Positions 10,437 through 20,101 of a stretch of 64,000 bases of DNA are shown one piece after another. Origin of the DNA: an uncultured Acidobacteriota bacterium (GTDB taxonomy: Bacteria > Acidobacteriota > UBA6911); contig CAWJKZ010000024.1 in the NCBI GenBank assembly GCA_963843575.1, positions 128,001 to 192,000 of the forward strand, in the 5' to 3' direction. The notes below the pieces were generated by a model, which searched no databases, was not told the origin of the DNA, and saw nothing but the letters and a program-made list of their open reading frames with translations. Position numbers and translations under genes: made by a program. Positions within the stretch are counted from its first letter, which is position 1, and each line of letters opens with the position of its first letter.

Positions 10437-11434
10437 AGTCCATCTTCCTGGCCGGTTTCCGCGACCTCCGCGCCTGGTTTCCGCTCGGGAGTGGCGTCGA
10501 GCCACTGCCGCACGCTCTCTTGCACGGCGACCAGCGCGGGCAAGATACGGGCGCGCAACTGACGTTTGCCATCCTCGACCTGCTGCAGGACTCTGCCCGT
10601 CTGAAAAGCGAGGTTGCCGGTCTTCTGCCGCGTGAGCCGCCGGATTTCCCTCCGGAGGTGTTCCCTCAGGACCGCCCAATCCTGGTGCCGGCCCGCCGCG
10701 TCCTGCAGGGCGCGCGCGTCGGCAATCTGCGACTGCAGTTCGCCCGGCTGTATCTCAGCGAAGATCTCCATGGCGTAGCGGAGCTTCTTGACGGCGATCC
10801 GCAACCGGTGGAGATGGGCGTCGCCGGCGCGCGCGAACGAACGCTGTGTCCGGAAAGTCAGGGCGGGCTCCGCGAGAGCGGTGATAATCCGGTGGCGCCT
10901 CTCCGGCAGCCCGCCCGGCACCGGCGGACATTCCTGCGACTCCAGAGCCGCGAGCAGTGTACTGGCCTGCGATCGAAGCTGCTTGACCTTGATCTCGCGC
11001 AGGGCTGCCCTGAATCTCCTGCGCTGCTTTCGATTGTCCCGGTCGAACCGCTCCTGGAGATACTCGCGGCACAGACGCACGGCCGGGTCGGGGCCGACGT
11101 CGAGCTCTTCGAGCAGGGACGACGTGACCTCCGTCTCCCGCATCCTGCCGAGCGACCTGGTCACGGCGCGCACCGACGCGTACAGCGCGCCCCACGGGCC
11201 CGAGGGGCAGAGGTCCTCAAAGGCCTCCAGCGCGGCCCTCAGCCGGCGGGACTGCACCCGGGTGTCGTGAACGGCGTCCTTCCCGCCATGCCGCTTGAGG
11301 GCGGCGAGCTCGCCGAGCAGGGCTTCGGCCCGGCGCCGCAAGACCGAGGTGCCGAACGCAAGCTCCGCATCTTCCGGGCCGATATCCATGACGTGATCCA
11401 AATCGTTCCCAAAGGGGGTGAACTCTTGTAACAT
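10433..11434 (-). CDS. CHAD domain (polyphosphate-binding) protein
   Basis: VHDTRVQSRRLRA, LGRMRETEV, LHRLRIAVKKLRYAMEIF, LQDAAGRHQD. Confidence 0.9.
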   Translation of the reverse strand: MLQEFTPFGNDLDHVMDIGPEDAELAFGTSVLRRRAEALLGELAALKRHGGKDAVHDTRVQSRRLRAALEAFEDLCPSGPWGALYASVRAVTRSLGRMRETEVTSSLLEELDVGPDPAVRLCREYLQERFDRDNRKQRRRFRAALREIKVKQLRSQASTLLAALESQECPPVPGGLPERRHRIITALAEPALTFRTQRSFARAGDAHLHRLRIAVKKLRYAMEIFAEIQPGELQSQIADARALQDAAGRHQDWAVLREHLRREIRRLTRQKTGNLAFQTGRVLQQVEDGKRQLRARILPALVAVQESVRQWLDATPERKPGAEVAETGQEDGL

Positions 11435-11620
11435 CAGGAGGATCGCAGATCAAGGCCCGCGTTCCGTTGTCTTTGAGACCGCGCGGGTTCTTCCGCCCCC
11501 GCTGGGACGGCAAGGCGGCGCCGGTGCCGGCGTGCCCGGGCGCAGCTCCAGGGCGCGTGGGGTTTGCCGGAGCAGCTTCTGCGTTGATTCCAGGCGGCAG
11601 AGCCGCAACAATGGTCCTTT

Positions 11621-13213
11621 ATGAGAGTCGCAGCGATCGACCTCGGGTCGAACTCCTTCCACATGATGATCGTCGAAATCCAGGGGCCCTCGTCGTTTGA
11701 GATCGTCCTCCAGGACAAGATGATGATCCAGCTGGGCAAGACCGCGCTGGTGACCGGCCGGCTGGACCCGCAGACGATGGAGAAGGGGTTGCGCTGCCTG
11801 GAGGAGTTCCGCCGCATGGCGCTGGCGCGCCGCGTGGAGCGCACCCTGGCGGTGGCCACCAGCGCTATCCGGGAGGCGGAAAACGGCGCCGAGTTCGTGC
11901 GTCGCGCCAGGGAGGAGTGCGGCCTGCCGGTTCGACTCATCTCCGGCAGGGAAGAGGCACGGCTGATTCACCGCGCGGTCACCCGTCACGTCGACCTGCG
12001 CGCCGAGAAGGCGCTGCTGGTCGATATCGGCGGCGGAAGCGTGGAACTCACGGTGGGGGATGCGGCCAGGATGCTCTACTCCACGAGCGCCCGCCTGGGA
12101 TTCCTTCGCCTGCACGGCCGCTTCGTCGCCTCGGACCCGATGTCCAAGGCCGAGAGGCGCGCGCTGACCGCGTTCCTGCAGGAATCGCTGCGGCCGATCG
12201 CCGGGCGCATCGGCCGCCACAGGCCCAGGAGGGCGGTCGGCACCAGCGGCTCCATCACCACCCTGCTGCGTCTGGCCGAGCAGCACCGGTCCGGCGTGAG
12301 CGGCGCGCAGGCGTCCGGTGCCGCGGTGACGCGCGACGAGTTGCGGGAGATACAGGAGGCGTTGCTGACGCTGCCTGCCGTCGAACGCGCGCGCAAGTTC
12401 GACCTGGACCCGTTGCGCTCGGAGTACCTGCCGACCGCGCTCCTGTGCCTCGACGCCGTGCTTGAGGCCGCCGGCATGTGCGAAATCACGGTCTGCCCCG
12501 TTGCGTTGCGCGAAGGCCTGGTCTACGATTTCGCCACCCGCGCGCAGCCGTCGCCCGGTCCCGTCATGCCTGCGGGGGACCTTCGACTGCAGGCGGTGGT
12601 CGACCTGGCGGTCCGGTGTGGTTACCCGGTCGAGCACTCGGAGCGCGTCGCCCGGCTCGCGGGACAGATCTTCCGGCAGACGGTGGCGCTGCACGGCCTC
12701 GGCGATGAGGAGGAGCGGCTCCTGCTCTACGGGTCGCTCCTGCACGACATCGGCTATCACATCGGGTACGCCAAGCACCACAAACACGCCTATTACCTGG
12801 TCATGAACTGCGATCTCCGCGGCTTCAGCGCCGAGGAGCGCGACCTCCTGGCCAACCTCGTCCGGTATCACCGCCGGGCCGCGCCGAAGCCGTCGCACCC
12901 GAACCTGGCGGCGCTCCCGGCGCGCGGCCGCAAGACGGTCAAGGCGCTGGCCGCCATCCTGCGCATCGCCGACGGGCTGGACCGAAGCCACTTCTCGCTG
13001 GTCGAGGAGGTGAAGTGCGCGCTCGGCAGGAAGAAGGTGCACTTCCAGCTGACCACCGCCGTGGGAGCGTCGGGCGCGGATCTGGACGTGTGGGCCGCGC
13101 GGCAGCACGCCCGCTATTTCGAGAAGCTCTTTCGCGTCGACACGGCATTCACCGCCAGGCGGAAACCGCGGAATGCCGCGGCGGCTCCGACGGCACCGGA
13201 GAACAAGCCATGA
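11621..13213 (+). CDS. ppx: Ppx/GppA exopolyphosphatase with HD domain
   Basis: IDLGSNSFH, ATSAIREA, GREEARL, DIGGGSVE, LLHDIG. Confidence 0.93.
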   Translation: MRVAAIDLGSNSFHMMIVEIQGPSSFEIVLQDKMMIQLGKTALVTGRLDPQTMEKGLRCLEEFRRMALARRVERTLAVATSAIREAENGAEFVRRAREECGLPVRLISGREEARLIHRAVTRHVDLRAEKALLVDIGGGSVELTVGDAARMLYSTSARLGFLRLHGRFVASDPMSKAERRALTAFLQESLRPIAGRIGRHRPRRAVGTSGSITTLLRLAEQHRSGVSGAQASGAAVTRDELREIQEALLTLPAVERARKFDLDPLRSEYLPTALLCLDAVLEAAGMCEITVCPVALREGLVYDFATRAQPSPGPVMPAGDLRLQAVVDLAVRCGYPVEHSERVARLAGQIFRQTVALHGLGDEEERLLLYGSLLHDIGYHIGYAKHHKHAYYLVMNCDLRGFSAEERDLLANLVRYHRRAAPKPSHPNLAALPARGRKTVKALAAILRIADGLDRSHFSLVEEVKCALGRKKVHFQLTTAVGASGADLDVWAARQHARYFEKLFRVDTAFTARRKPRNAAAAPTAPENKP

Positions 13214-14757
13214 GCGCCGACAATACCCTGATCGCTGCCATCGACATCGGGTCCAGCGCCATCCGGATGGACATCGCCGAGCACCGGCCCGACGGAGCGC
13301 TTCACATGCTCGATGCGCTGACGAAGGGCGTCCAGCTGGGCAAGGATGCGTTCAACGAGGGCTACATCGGCGAGGAGACCATCAGGGCGGCGTGCGACGT
13401 CCTCAGGGACTTCAAGAAGGTGATGGATTCCTACGGCGTGGTGCGTTACCGGGCCGTCGCGACCAGCGCCGTCCGGGAGTCGTCCAACAGCGACACGTTC
13501 CTCGACCGGGTGCTCATGGGCACTGGCCTCGACGTCGAGGTGATCGACGGGCCGGAAGAGAACCGGTTGACGCTCTCGGCCGTGCTGGAGTCGCTGCGCT
13601 CGGGGGCCGATCTCGACAAGGGCAAGGCGCTGCTGGTCGAGGTCGGGGGCGGAAGCACCGACGTGACGCTGCTGGAGGCCTCCGAACCAGTCCAGTCCGG
13701 CACCTTCCCCATAGGCTCGATCCGGCTACGCGCGGGCGTCGCTGCCGCCGGCACCCACGACCAGCAGGTCCGCCTGCTGAAACGCCAGGTCTCGAACCTG
13801 CTCGCCAACGTGCGGCACTCGATCGCCGTCAAGGAGGCCTCGAGCTTCATCGCCATCGGCGGGGACGTCCGGTTCGCCGCGGCCGCGCTCAGGGGCGGGA
13901 CCCGCGAGCCCGGCCCGGTCGCTATCCCGCGCGACGCGTTCCTGGAGCTCGTCGACGCCGTCGCCCGCCTCACGGTCGAGGGCCTGGTCAAGAAATATGC
14001 GATTTCCTACATGGAGGCCGAAACCCTGGCGCCGGCGCTTCTGGTCTATGCCCAGCTGCTGAAGGAAACCCTGGCCCAGGGCGTCGTCATCAGCGGGGCG
14101 AACATCCGGGCCGGCGTGCTCCAGGACCTCGTCCCGGCGGAACAGGGGAAGCGGGTCAAGAAGCTGGCCCACCAGATCCTCTCGGCCGCGCGCAGCGTCG
14201 GACGCAAGTACCAGTACGACGAGAGCCATGCCGAACGGGTGCGGGAGCTGTGCGAGCTGCTGTTTGACGAGCTCAAGTCCGAGCACCGCATGAGCGACAC
14301 CCAGCGGCTCTATCTCCAGGTCGCCGCGCTGCTGCACGACATCGGCCTGTTCATCAGCTCGCGCGGGCACCACAAGCACTCGCAGTACCTGATCAGCGCC
14401 TCGGGCCTGTTCGGCCTGCGCCAGCGGGAGCTCGACATCATCGCCAACGTGGCGCGCTACCACCGCCGCGCCCTGCCGCAGCGGTCGCACCTGACCTACA
14501 TGTCGCTGGAACGCGACGAGCGGGTGCTGGTGTCCAAGCTGGCCGCTATCCTCCGGGTGGCCAACTCGCTGGACAAGGAACACCTGCAGAAGGTGACGGA
14601 CCTCAAGGTCACCCGGGAAGGGGACCAGATCGTCCTGCTCGCCCAGAACATCTCCGACCTGACGATGGAGCGGGTCGCGCTGGCCGACCGCAGCGACCTC
14701 TTCTCGGAAGCGTTCGGAAAAAAGATCGTGTTGAGAGAGGCGGCAAAAAGCGCATGA
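13210..14757 (+). CDS. Second Ppx/GppA family protein with HD domain
   Basis: IDIGSSAIR, ATSAVRES, GPEENRL, EVGGGSTD, LLHDIG; ATGA overlaps at both ends. Confidence 0.9.
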   Translation: MSADNTLIAAIDIGSSAIRMDIAEHRPDGALHMLDALTKGVQLGKDAFNEGYIGEETIRAACDVLRDFKKVMDSYGVVRYRAVATSAVRESSNSDTFLDRVLMGTGLDVEVIDGPEENRLTLSAVLESLRSGADLDKGKALLVEVGGGSTDVTLLEASEPVQSGTFPIGSIRLRAGVAAAGTHDQQVRLLKRQVSNLLANVRHSIAVKEASSFIAIGGDVRFAAAALRGGTREPGPVAIPRDAFLELVDAVARLTVEGLVKKYAISYMEAETLAPALLVYAQLLKETLAQGVVISGANIRAGVLQDLVPAEQGKRVKKLAHQILSAARSVGRKYQYDESHAERVRELCELLFDELKSEHRMSDTQRLYLQVAALLHDIGLFISSRGHHKHSQYLISASGLFGLRQRELDIIANVARYHRRALPQRSHLTYMSLERDERVLVSKLAAILRVANSLDKEHLQKVTDLKVTREGDQIVLLAQNISDLTMERVALADRSDLFSEAFGKKIVLREAAKSA

Positions 14758-16868
14758 GCCCCCGTAGCCCGAATCCGTTCATCAATCGCGAAGCCAGCTG
14801 GCTCGAGTTCAACAGCCGGGTCCTGGAAGAGGCGCGGGACCCGAAGAACCCGTTGCTCGAGCGGCTCCGGTTCTACTGCATCTTCTATTCCAACCTCGAC
14901 GAGTTTTTCATGGTGCGGGTGGCGTCCGTCTTGCGGCGCATCGGCGAAGGCGATGCCAAGCCGGACCCGTCCGGGCTGACCCCACTCCAGGAGCTCGAGC
15001 TGATCAACGCCAAGGTCCGCGCGCTCGAGGCCGCGGCCGAGGCGCTGTACGAGCAGGAGCTCCTGCCTGCCCTGGCGAAGGAGAGGATAACGGTTCTCGA
15101 TGCGGCCCAGCTCGGTCCGGCGCACCAGCAGTATCTCGATTCGGCTTTCGAGCGCGAGATCTACCCCGTCCTCACCCCTGTCGCCGTCGATCCCGAACAG
15201 CCGTTCCCGCGCCTCGTCGCGCTGGCGCTGCACCTGGCGGTCCTGCTGGAGCCCGGTGAGGGGACGGGCGCGCAGGAGCGGCGGCTCGCCCTGCTGCAGA
15301 TTCCCGGACGCATGCCGGGGTTGCTGCGGCTGCCCGAGAGCGGCGGGATCGAGCTGTGCTGGCTCGCCGACGTGGTGCGCAAGCGCGTGTCGGCGCTGTT
15401 TTCGGGGTACCGGGTCGTGGAGGTCGCTGCCTTCCGACTGACACGCGATTCGGAACTCGAACTCGACGACGAGGGGTACCGCGACTACGTCCGGATGCTC
15501 GAACTTGAGCTGAAAAAGCGGGCCAAGGCCCGGCCGATCCGGCTCGAGTGCGAGAGGAGCATGAGCGCCGAGCTGCTCGACCGCATCGAGAGCGGGCTCG
15601 GAGTCAGCCCGTCCGGGCTCTTTTCCGTGCAGCGCCCGCTGGAGCCGCGCGCCCTGATGGCGCTGGTCGACCTGGCCGGCTACGACAAGCTGAGGTATGC
15701 GCCGCAGCCCCCGCTGATGCCGGCCGTCTTCGAACAGCAGCGCAGCATATTCGAGATCATCGCAGAGCGCGACGTGCTCCTAAACCAGCCGTACGATTCG
15801 TTCGACCCCGTCGTGGAGTTCGTCGAGGCCGCCGCCCAGGACCCCGACGTGCTGGCCATCAAGCAGACCCTCTACCGGACGAGCGGCAAGGCGTCCCCCC
15901 TGATGAAGGCGCTGGTGAGCGCGGCCGAAAACGGCAAGCAGGTCACCGTGCTGCTCGAACTGACCGCGCGGTTCGACGAGGACCGGAACATCGACTGGGC
16001 GCGCGACCTGGAGGACGCCGGGGCGCACGTGCTCTACGGCACCGCGGGCCTGAAGGTGCACGCGAAAATCGCGCTGGTGGTGCGCCGCGAGGCCAGCGGG
16101 ATCCGCCGCTATCTGCACCTGGGCACCGGCAACTACAACGAACGCACCGCCCGCCTGTACACGGATTTCGGGCTGCTCACCGCGGCCGAGGACTTCGGTC
16201 GGGACGCCTCGGGCGTCTTCAACACCATCACCGGTTACTCCGAGCCGCCCGCCTTCAGCCGCCTGATCATGGCCCCCGTCGGCATGCGCGAGCGCATCCT
16301 CGCGCTCATCGGGCGCGAGGCCGACCGCGCCCGCTCCGGCGAGCCGTCGGGCATCGTGGCCAAGATGAACTCGCTCGTCGATCCCCAGATCATCCGCGCG
16401 CTGTGCGAGGCGGGCAGCGCGGGGGTGGAGGTCAATCTGAATGTCCGCGGCATCTGCTGCCTCAGACCGGGGGTGCCCAACCTGAGCGAGAACATCCGGG
16501 TCGTGTCGATCGTCGACCGCTACCTCGAGCACAGCCGGGCGTTCGTCTTCCGCAACGGCGGGAACCCCGAGGTCTACCTGTCGAGCGCCGACTGGATGCC
16601 CCGCAACCTCGACCGGCGCATCGAGCTGATGTTCCCGGTCCTCGAGGAAACCGCGCGGCAGCGGGTCATCGACGTGCTCGAGGCGTCGTTCGCCGACAAC
16701 CGCAAGGCGCGGCTACTGCGCCCCGACGGCAGCTACGAACGGGTCGCCCCGGGCCGCTCCGACGCGGTGCGGCTGCAGGAGTACCTGTACCGCCGGACCG
16801 CCCAGGAGCGGGAGCGGGTGCGCTCGGTCACCCCCGTCCGGTTCACCCCGATCGAGGCGAAGGAGTGA
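14754..16868 (+). CDS. ppk1: Polyphosphate kinase 1
   Basis: NREASWLEFNSRVL, SNLDEFFMVRVA, KQTLYRT, KVHAK, GTGNYN, LEHSR, SSADWMPRNLDRRIE. Confidence 0.97.
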   Translation: MSPRSPNPFINREASWLEFNSRVLEEARDPKNPLLERLRFYCIFYSNLDEFFMVRVASVLRRIGEGDAKPDPSGLTPLQELELINAKVRALEAAAEALYEQELLPALAKERITVLDAAQLGPAHQQYLDSAFEREIYPVLTPVAVDPEQPFPRLVALALHLAVLLEPGEGTGAQERRLALLQIPGRMPGLLRLPESGGIELCWLADVVRKRVSALFSGYRVVEVAAFRLTRDSELELDDEGYRDYVRMLELELKKRAKARPIRLECERSMSAELLDRIESGLGVSPSGLFSVQRPLEPRALMALVDLAGYDKLRYAPQPPLMPAVFEQQRSIFEIIAERDVLLNQPYDSFDPVVEFVEAAAQDPDVLAIKQTLYRTSGKASPLMKALVSAAENGKQVTVLLELTARFDEDRNIDWARDLEDAGAHVLYGTAGLKVHAKIALVVRREASGIRRYLHLGTGNYNERTARLYTDFGLLTAAEDFGRDASGVFNTITGYSEPPAFSRLIMAPVGMRERILALIGREADRARSGEPSGIVAKMNSLVDPQIIRALCEAGSAGVEVNLNVRGICCLRPGVPNLSENIRVVSIVDRYLEHSRAFVFRNGGNPEVYLSSADWMPRNLDRRIELMFPVLEETARQRVIDVLEASFADNRKARLLRPDGSYERVAPGRSDAVRLQEYLYRRTAQERERVRSVTPVRFTPIEAKE

Positions 16869-17634
16869 TCGGCTGGCCGGGCTCGTGCTCCGCCAGGTAA
16901 GCCGTCAGGAAGACGCGCAGGCTGACCCGCGCACGGGCCGAGTGGTCGCGCCAGCCCCGGTAGCGGTCCACCCACTGCCCCGCCGCCAGGACCGCCGCCA
17001 CACGCGCCGCGGCCCCCTGCCCGGGCGCGTAGGCAAGAGGGGCCAGGAGTTCATCTGCCGCCTCGTCGCTGACGGCCCGCACGCAGGAGACCGGGATGCC
17101 GCGCAGGGCGGCCGCCCGCGCGAGCGCCGCCGTTTCCATGTCCACCACCGCCGCCCCGTGGGCTGTCCGCAGCAACTGCTTCTGGGCGGGCGCGCCGATG
17201 ATGTGGCGGGAAGTCAGGATGTCCCCCACCACCGCAGTCAATCCCGACGAACCGGCGACGGCGACCAGGGACTCGGACCCCGCAAGTGCCCAACGCCCCT
17301 CCAACGGCAGCCGCCCCAGCGGGAGCGGGCTGCCCCCTTCCCCCAGCAACAAGGCGCTCCTCCCTACGACCAAGTCCCCCAGCCGCAGCGCCGGGTCCAG
17401 CGCGCCGCCGTACCCGACGATCAATACCTCCGACGGCGTGTGCAGGTCCAGGAAGGCGCGAAACTGCCGGTCTGTGCGGACCGGCCCCACCCCGGTCTTG
17501 AGAAAATGAAACCTCTCGGCCCCGCGGCACCCCTCCCAGGCCGTGGCTCCCGCGACAGGAAGCCGCACGACTCGCCGGCAGAGTTGCAGCGCGATGCCGA
17601 GTTCCTGCTGCAGCGCAGCCGCTATCAGGCGCAT
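16843..17634 (-). CDS. Nucleoside phosphorylase family protein (PNP_UDP_1, HpnG/MtnN-like)
   Basis: TGVGP, GYGGALDPALRLGDLVV, VVDMETAALA, VRAVSD; start 17634 or 17646. Confidence 0.8.
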   Translation of the reverse strand: MRLIAAALQQELGIALQLCRRVVRLPVAGATAWEGCRGAERFHFLKTGVGPVRTDRQFRAFLDLHTPSEVLIVGYGGALDPALRLGDLVVGRSALLLGEGGSPLPLGRLPLEGRWALAGSESLVAVAGSSGLTAVVGDILTSRHIIGAPAQKQLLRTAHGAAVVDMETAALARAAALRGIPVSCVRAVSDEAADELLAPLAYAPGQGAAARVAAVLAAGQWVDRYRGWRDHSARARVSLRVFLTAYLAEHEPGQPITPSPRSG

Positions 17635-17879
17635 GCGCGAGAGCATAGCAGAAGGCTGGCCGCTCCCGCACCCGCGCGCGTGAAAATCGTGCAGGCTTCC
17701 CGGGACGCGGATCTTCATGGGCCCGCGCGGATGTGCGGGTGGGACGGCTGGTTGCCCGGTTCCATGTTCTCGTCCAGGAAACGTCCGAGGTATTCACCAA
17801 CCGGATACCGGCCGATGCACCTTCGCTTCCGCGTCGCCGCTTGCGGGGGGCGTACCCATCGGCTAAAGTAAAGCCCATA

Positions 17880-19106
17880 ATGAAGAAGATTCTTATAGTT
17901 ATGCTCTCGTTGGCCGCCATCGGAGTAGTCGGGGGCGCGGTCTACTGGTCCGCCTCGTCGTCGACCTTGACGGTGCGTCTGACCGAGGTGCGAGCCTCCA
18001 GCCTGCAGGCGAGCATCGACACCAACGGGAAGATCGAGGCGGAGCGGGAGTTCGAGGTGCGGGCGCCGCTCGCCGGGATCTGCGGCAGGATCCTGGTCAA
18101 AGAGGGAGACAGGCTCAACGCCGGACAGCCCGTCCTGGCCATAGACAGTGCGGCTCTCCGGTCGGAAGCCGCCGGCGCGCAGGCGGAGTTGGAGGCCGCG
18201 GAAGCGGACCTCCGCAACATCCGGCGGGGCGCAGCTCCCGAGGAAGTGAACCAGGCGGAGTCGGAGGTGGCCCGCTACCGGCTGGAACTCGACGGCGCGC
18301 GCAAGGTCCTGGAAACCAACGAGTGGCTCCTCAAACGGGAGGCCGTCGCGCGGGCCGAAGTGGATCAGAGCCGCCGCGAGGTCGCTCGTGTGCAGCAGTT
18401 GCTGGATGCGGCGACGACCCGGCGCGACGACATCGGGAACCGTTTCGGCGAGGCCGACCGCAAGCGCGCCGCAGCGCGCGTCGAGGCGGCGCGCTCCAGG
18501 ATATCGTATCTGCAGTCGAGCATCGCCAGGTCGACGGTCCGATCCCCCGCGGAGGGCACGCTGTACCAGTTTTCGGTAAAGGACGGGGCCTTCGTGAACA
18601 CGGGGGACCTGCTGGGGCTGGTGGCCGACCTCTCCAAGCTGAGGGTGCGCGCGTACGTCGACGAACCCGAACTCGGCCGCATCACGCCCGATTCCGAGGT
18701 CGTCATCCAGTGGGACGGCCGCCCGCGCGAGAGCTGGCGCGCCTCCATATTGCGGATCCCCTCGCAGGTGGTCCCGCGCGGGACGCGATCGGTCGGCGAG
18801 GTGCTCTGCGCGCTGCGGGACCCGTCAGGGGTCCTGCTGCCCAACCTGAATGTCGACGTCGAGATCCGCGTCCCGGACGGGGCGCTCGTCCCGGCGCTGC
18901 CCAGGGAATCCGTGCTGTCGGACGGGAAGGGGCACTACGCCTGGGTCGTGCGCGACGGCCGCGCCGCACGCATCGGTCTCGAAACCGGCAAGAGCACCTC
19001 GCGGCTGATAGAAATCGTCCGCGGCCTGAAGGTCGGCGACCCCGTCGTCGTCCCGGGGGACGAAGCCATAAAAGAAGGCTCCAAGCTCCGGGTCGCCCAG
19101 GAATGA
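17880..19106 (+). CDS. Efflux periplasmic adaptor (HlyD/MacA family)
   Basis: N-terminal TM, VRAPLAG..ILVKEGD, long coiled coil, VRSPAEG, GLKVGDPVV. Confidence 0.9.
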   Translation: MKKILIVMLSLAAIGVVGGAVYWSASSSTLTVRLTEVRASSLQASIDTNGKIEAEREFEVRAPLAGICGRILVKEGDRLNAGQPVLAIDSAALRSEAAGAQAELEAAEADLRNIRRGAAPEEVNQAESEVARYRLELDGARKVLETNEWLLKREAVARAEVDQSRREVARVQQLLDAATTRRDDIGNRFGEADRKRAAARVEAARSRISYLQSSIARSTVRSPAEGTLYQFSVKDGAFVNTGDLLGLVADLSKLRVRAYVDEPELGRITPDSEVVIQWDGRPRESWRASILRIPSQVVPRGTRSVGEVLCALRDPSGVLLPNLNVDVEIRVPDGALVPALPRESVLSDGKGHYAWVVRDGRAARIGLETGKSTSRLIEIVRGLKVGDPVVVPGDEAIKEGSKLRVAQE

Positions 19107-20056
19107 CCATGAGCCCAATGCCTGCCGCCCTCCTGCTGCTTCTCCCACTGCTGCAGCCCTTCGACCTTGCGCCGGCCATCCGGCTCTACCAGACGGGCGA
19201 GTACCAGAAGGCCGTGGACCTCCTGCAGGCGGCCCCCGGCGGGCCGGGCGGCGACGCCAATCTCTGGCTTGGGAAGTCGTACCTGCGCCTGCGGCGGTGG
19301 GACGACGCAATCAAGGCGTTCGGCCTCGCCGCAAAACTCACGCCCGACAGCGGGACTCCCCACCTCTGGCTCGGACGAGCCTACGGAGAGAAGGCCTCCC
19401 GCGCATCCTTCCTCACCGCTTTCGGATGGGCCCGCAAGGCGGTCGCCGAATTCGAGAGCGCCGTCAAGCTCTCGCCCGCCGACCTGGATGCCCGCTTCGA
19501 CCTTCTCGAGTTCTACCTGCAGGCGCCAGGCATCGTCGGGGGAGGGAAGGACAAGGCGCAGGCCCAGGCGCAGGCCATAGCCGCGCTGAGCCCGCGGCTG
19601 GGTTACACGGCGCGCGCCAGGATCTGCCAGGAGGACAAGAAGTGGGACCTCGGCCGGGCGGAACTGGTCAAAGCCACCGCCGAGTTTCCGGGCGACGCCG
19701 GGGCGTTCGTCGATTTGGCCGAGTTCCTGATTGGCCGACGCGACTTCGCCGCCGCAGAAACGAACGCTGCCCGGGCCGTCGAGCTCGACGGCGACAACGC
19801 GAACGCGCTCCTGGCGCTCGCGGCCTGCCGCGTCGAGCTGCGCCAAAACCTCCCCGCGGCCGAAGCCACCCTCAGGCGCCTTAGCGCAGGGCCGGTGAAC
19901 GAAAGCGGACCGGCTTTCGAAGACATCTACTTCCGGCTCGGCCAGGCGCTGCTGGCCCAGTCCAAGCGGGCCGAAGCGCGCCAGGCCTTCGAGAGCGCAC
20001 TCCGGTTCAACCCGGACCACTCCGGGGCGAAGGCCGCCCTGGCATCCGTCCGCTAG
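19103..20056 (+). CDS. Secreted tetratricopeptide repeat protein
   Basis: Signal-like LLLLLPLL; TPR patterns HLWLGRAYG, YFRLGQALL, ALRFNPDH. Confidence 0.85.
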   Translation: MTMSPMPAALLLLLPLLQPFDLAPAIRLYQTGEYQKAVDLLQAAPGGPGGDANLWLGKSYLRLRRWDDAIKAFGLAAKLTPDSGTPHLWLGRAYGEKASRASFLTAFGWARKAVAEFESAVKLSPADLDARFDLLEFYLQAPGIVGGGKDKAQAQAQAIAALSPRLGYTARARICQEDKKWDLGRAELVKATAEFPGDAGAFVDLAEFLIGRRDFAAAETNAARAVELDGDNANALLALAACRVELRQNLPAAEATLRRLSAGPVNESGPAFEDIYFRLGQALLAQSKRAEARQAFESALRFNPDHSGAKAALASVR

Positions 20057-20101
20057 AGCGGCGGCCGAAGCCCGCGGCCACCAGCGGACACGTTGCTCAA
20101 T

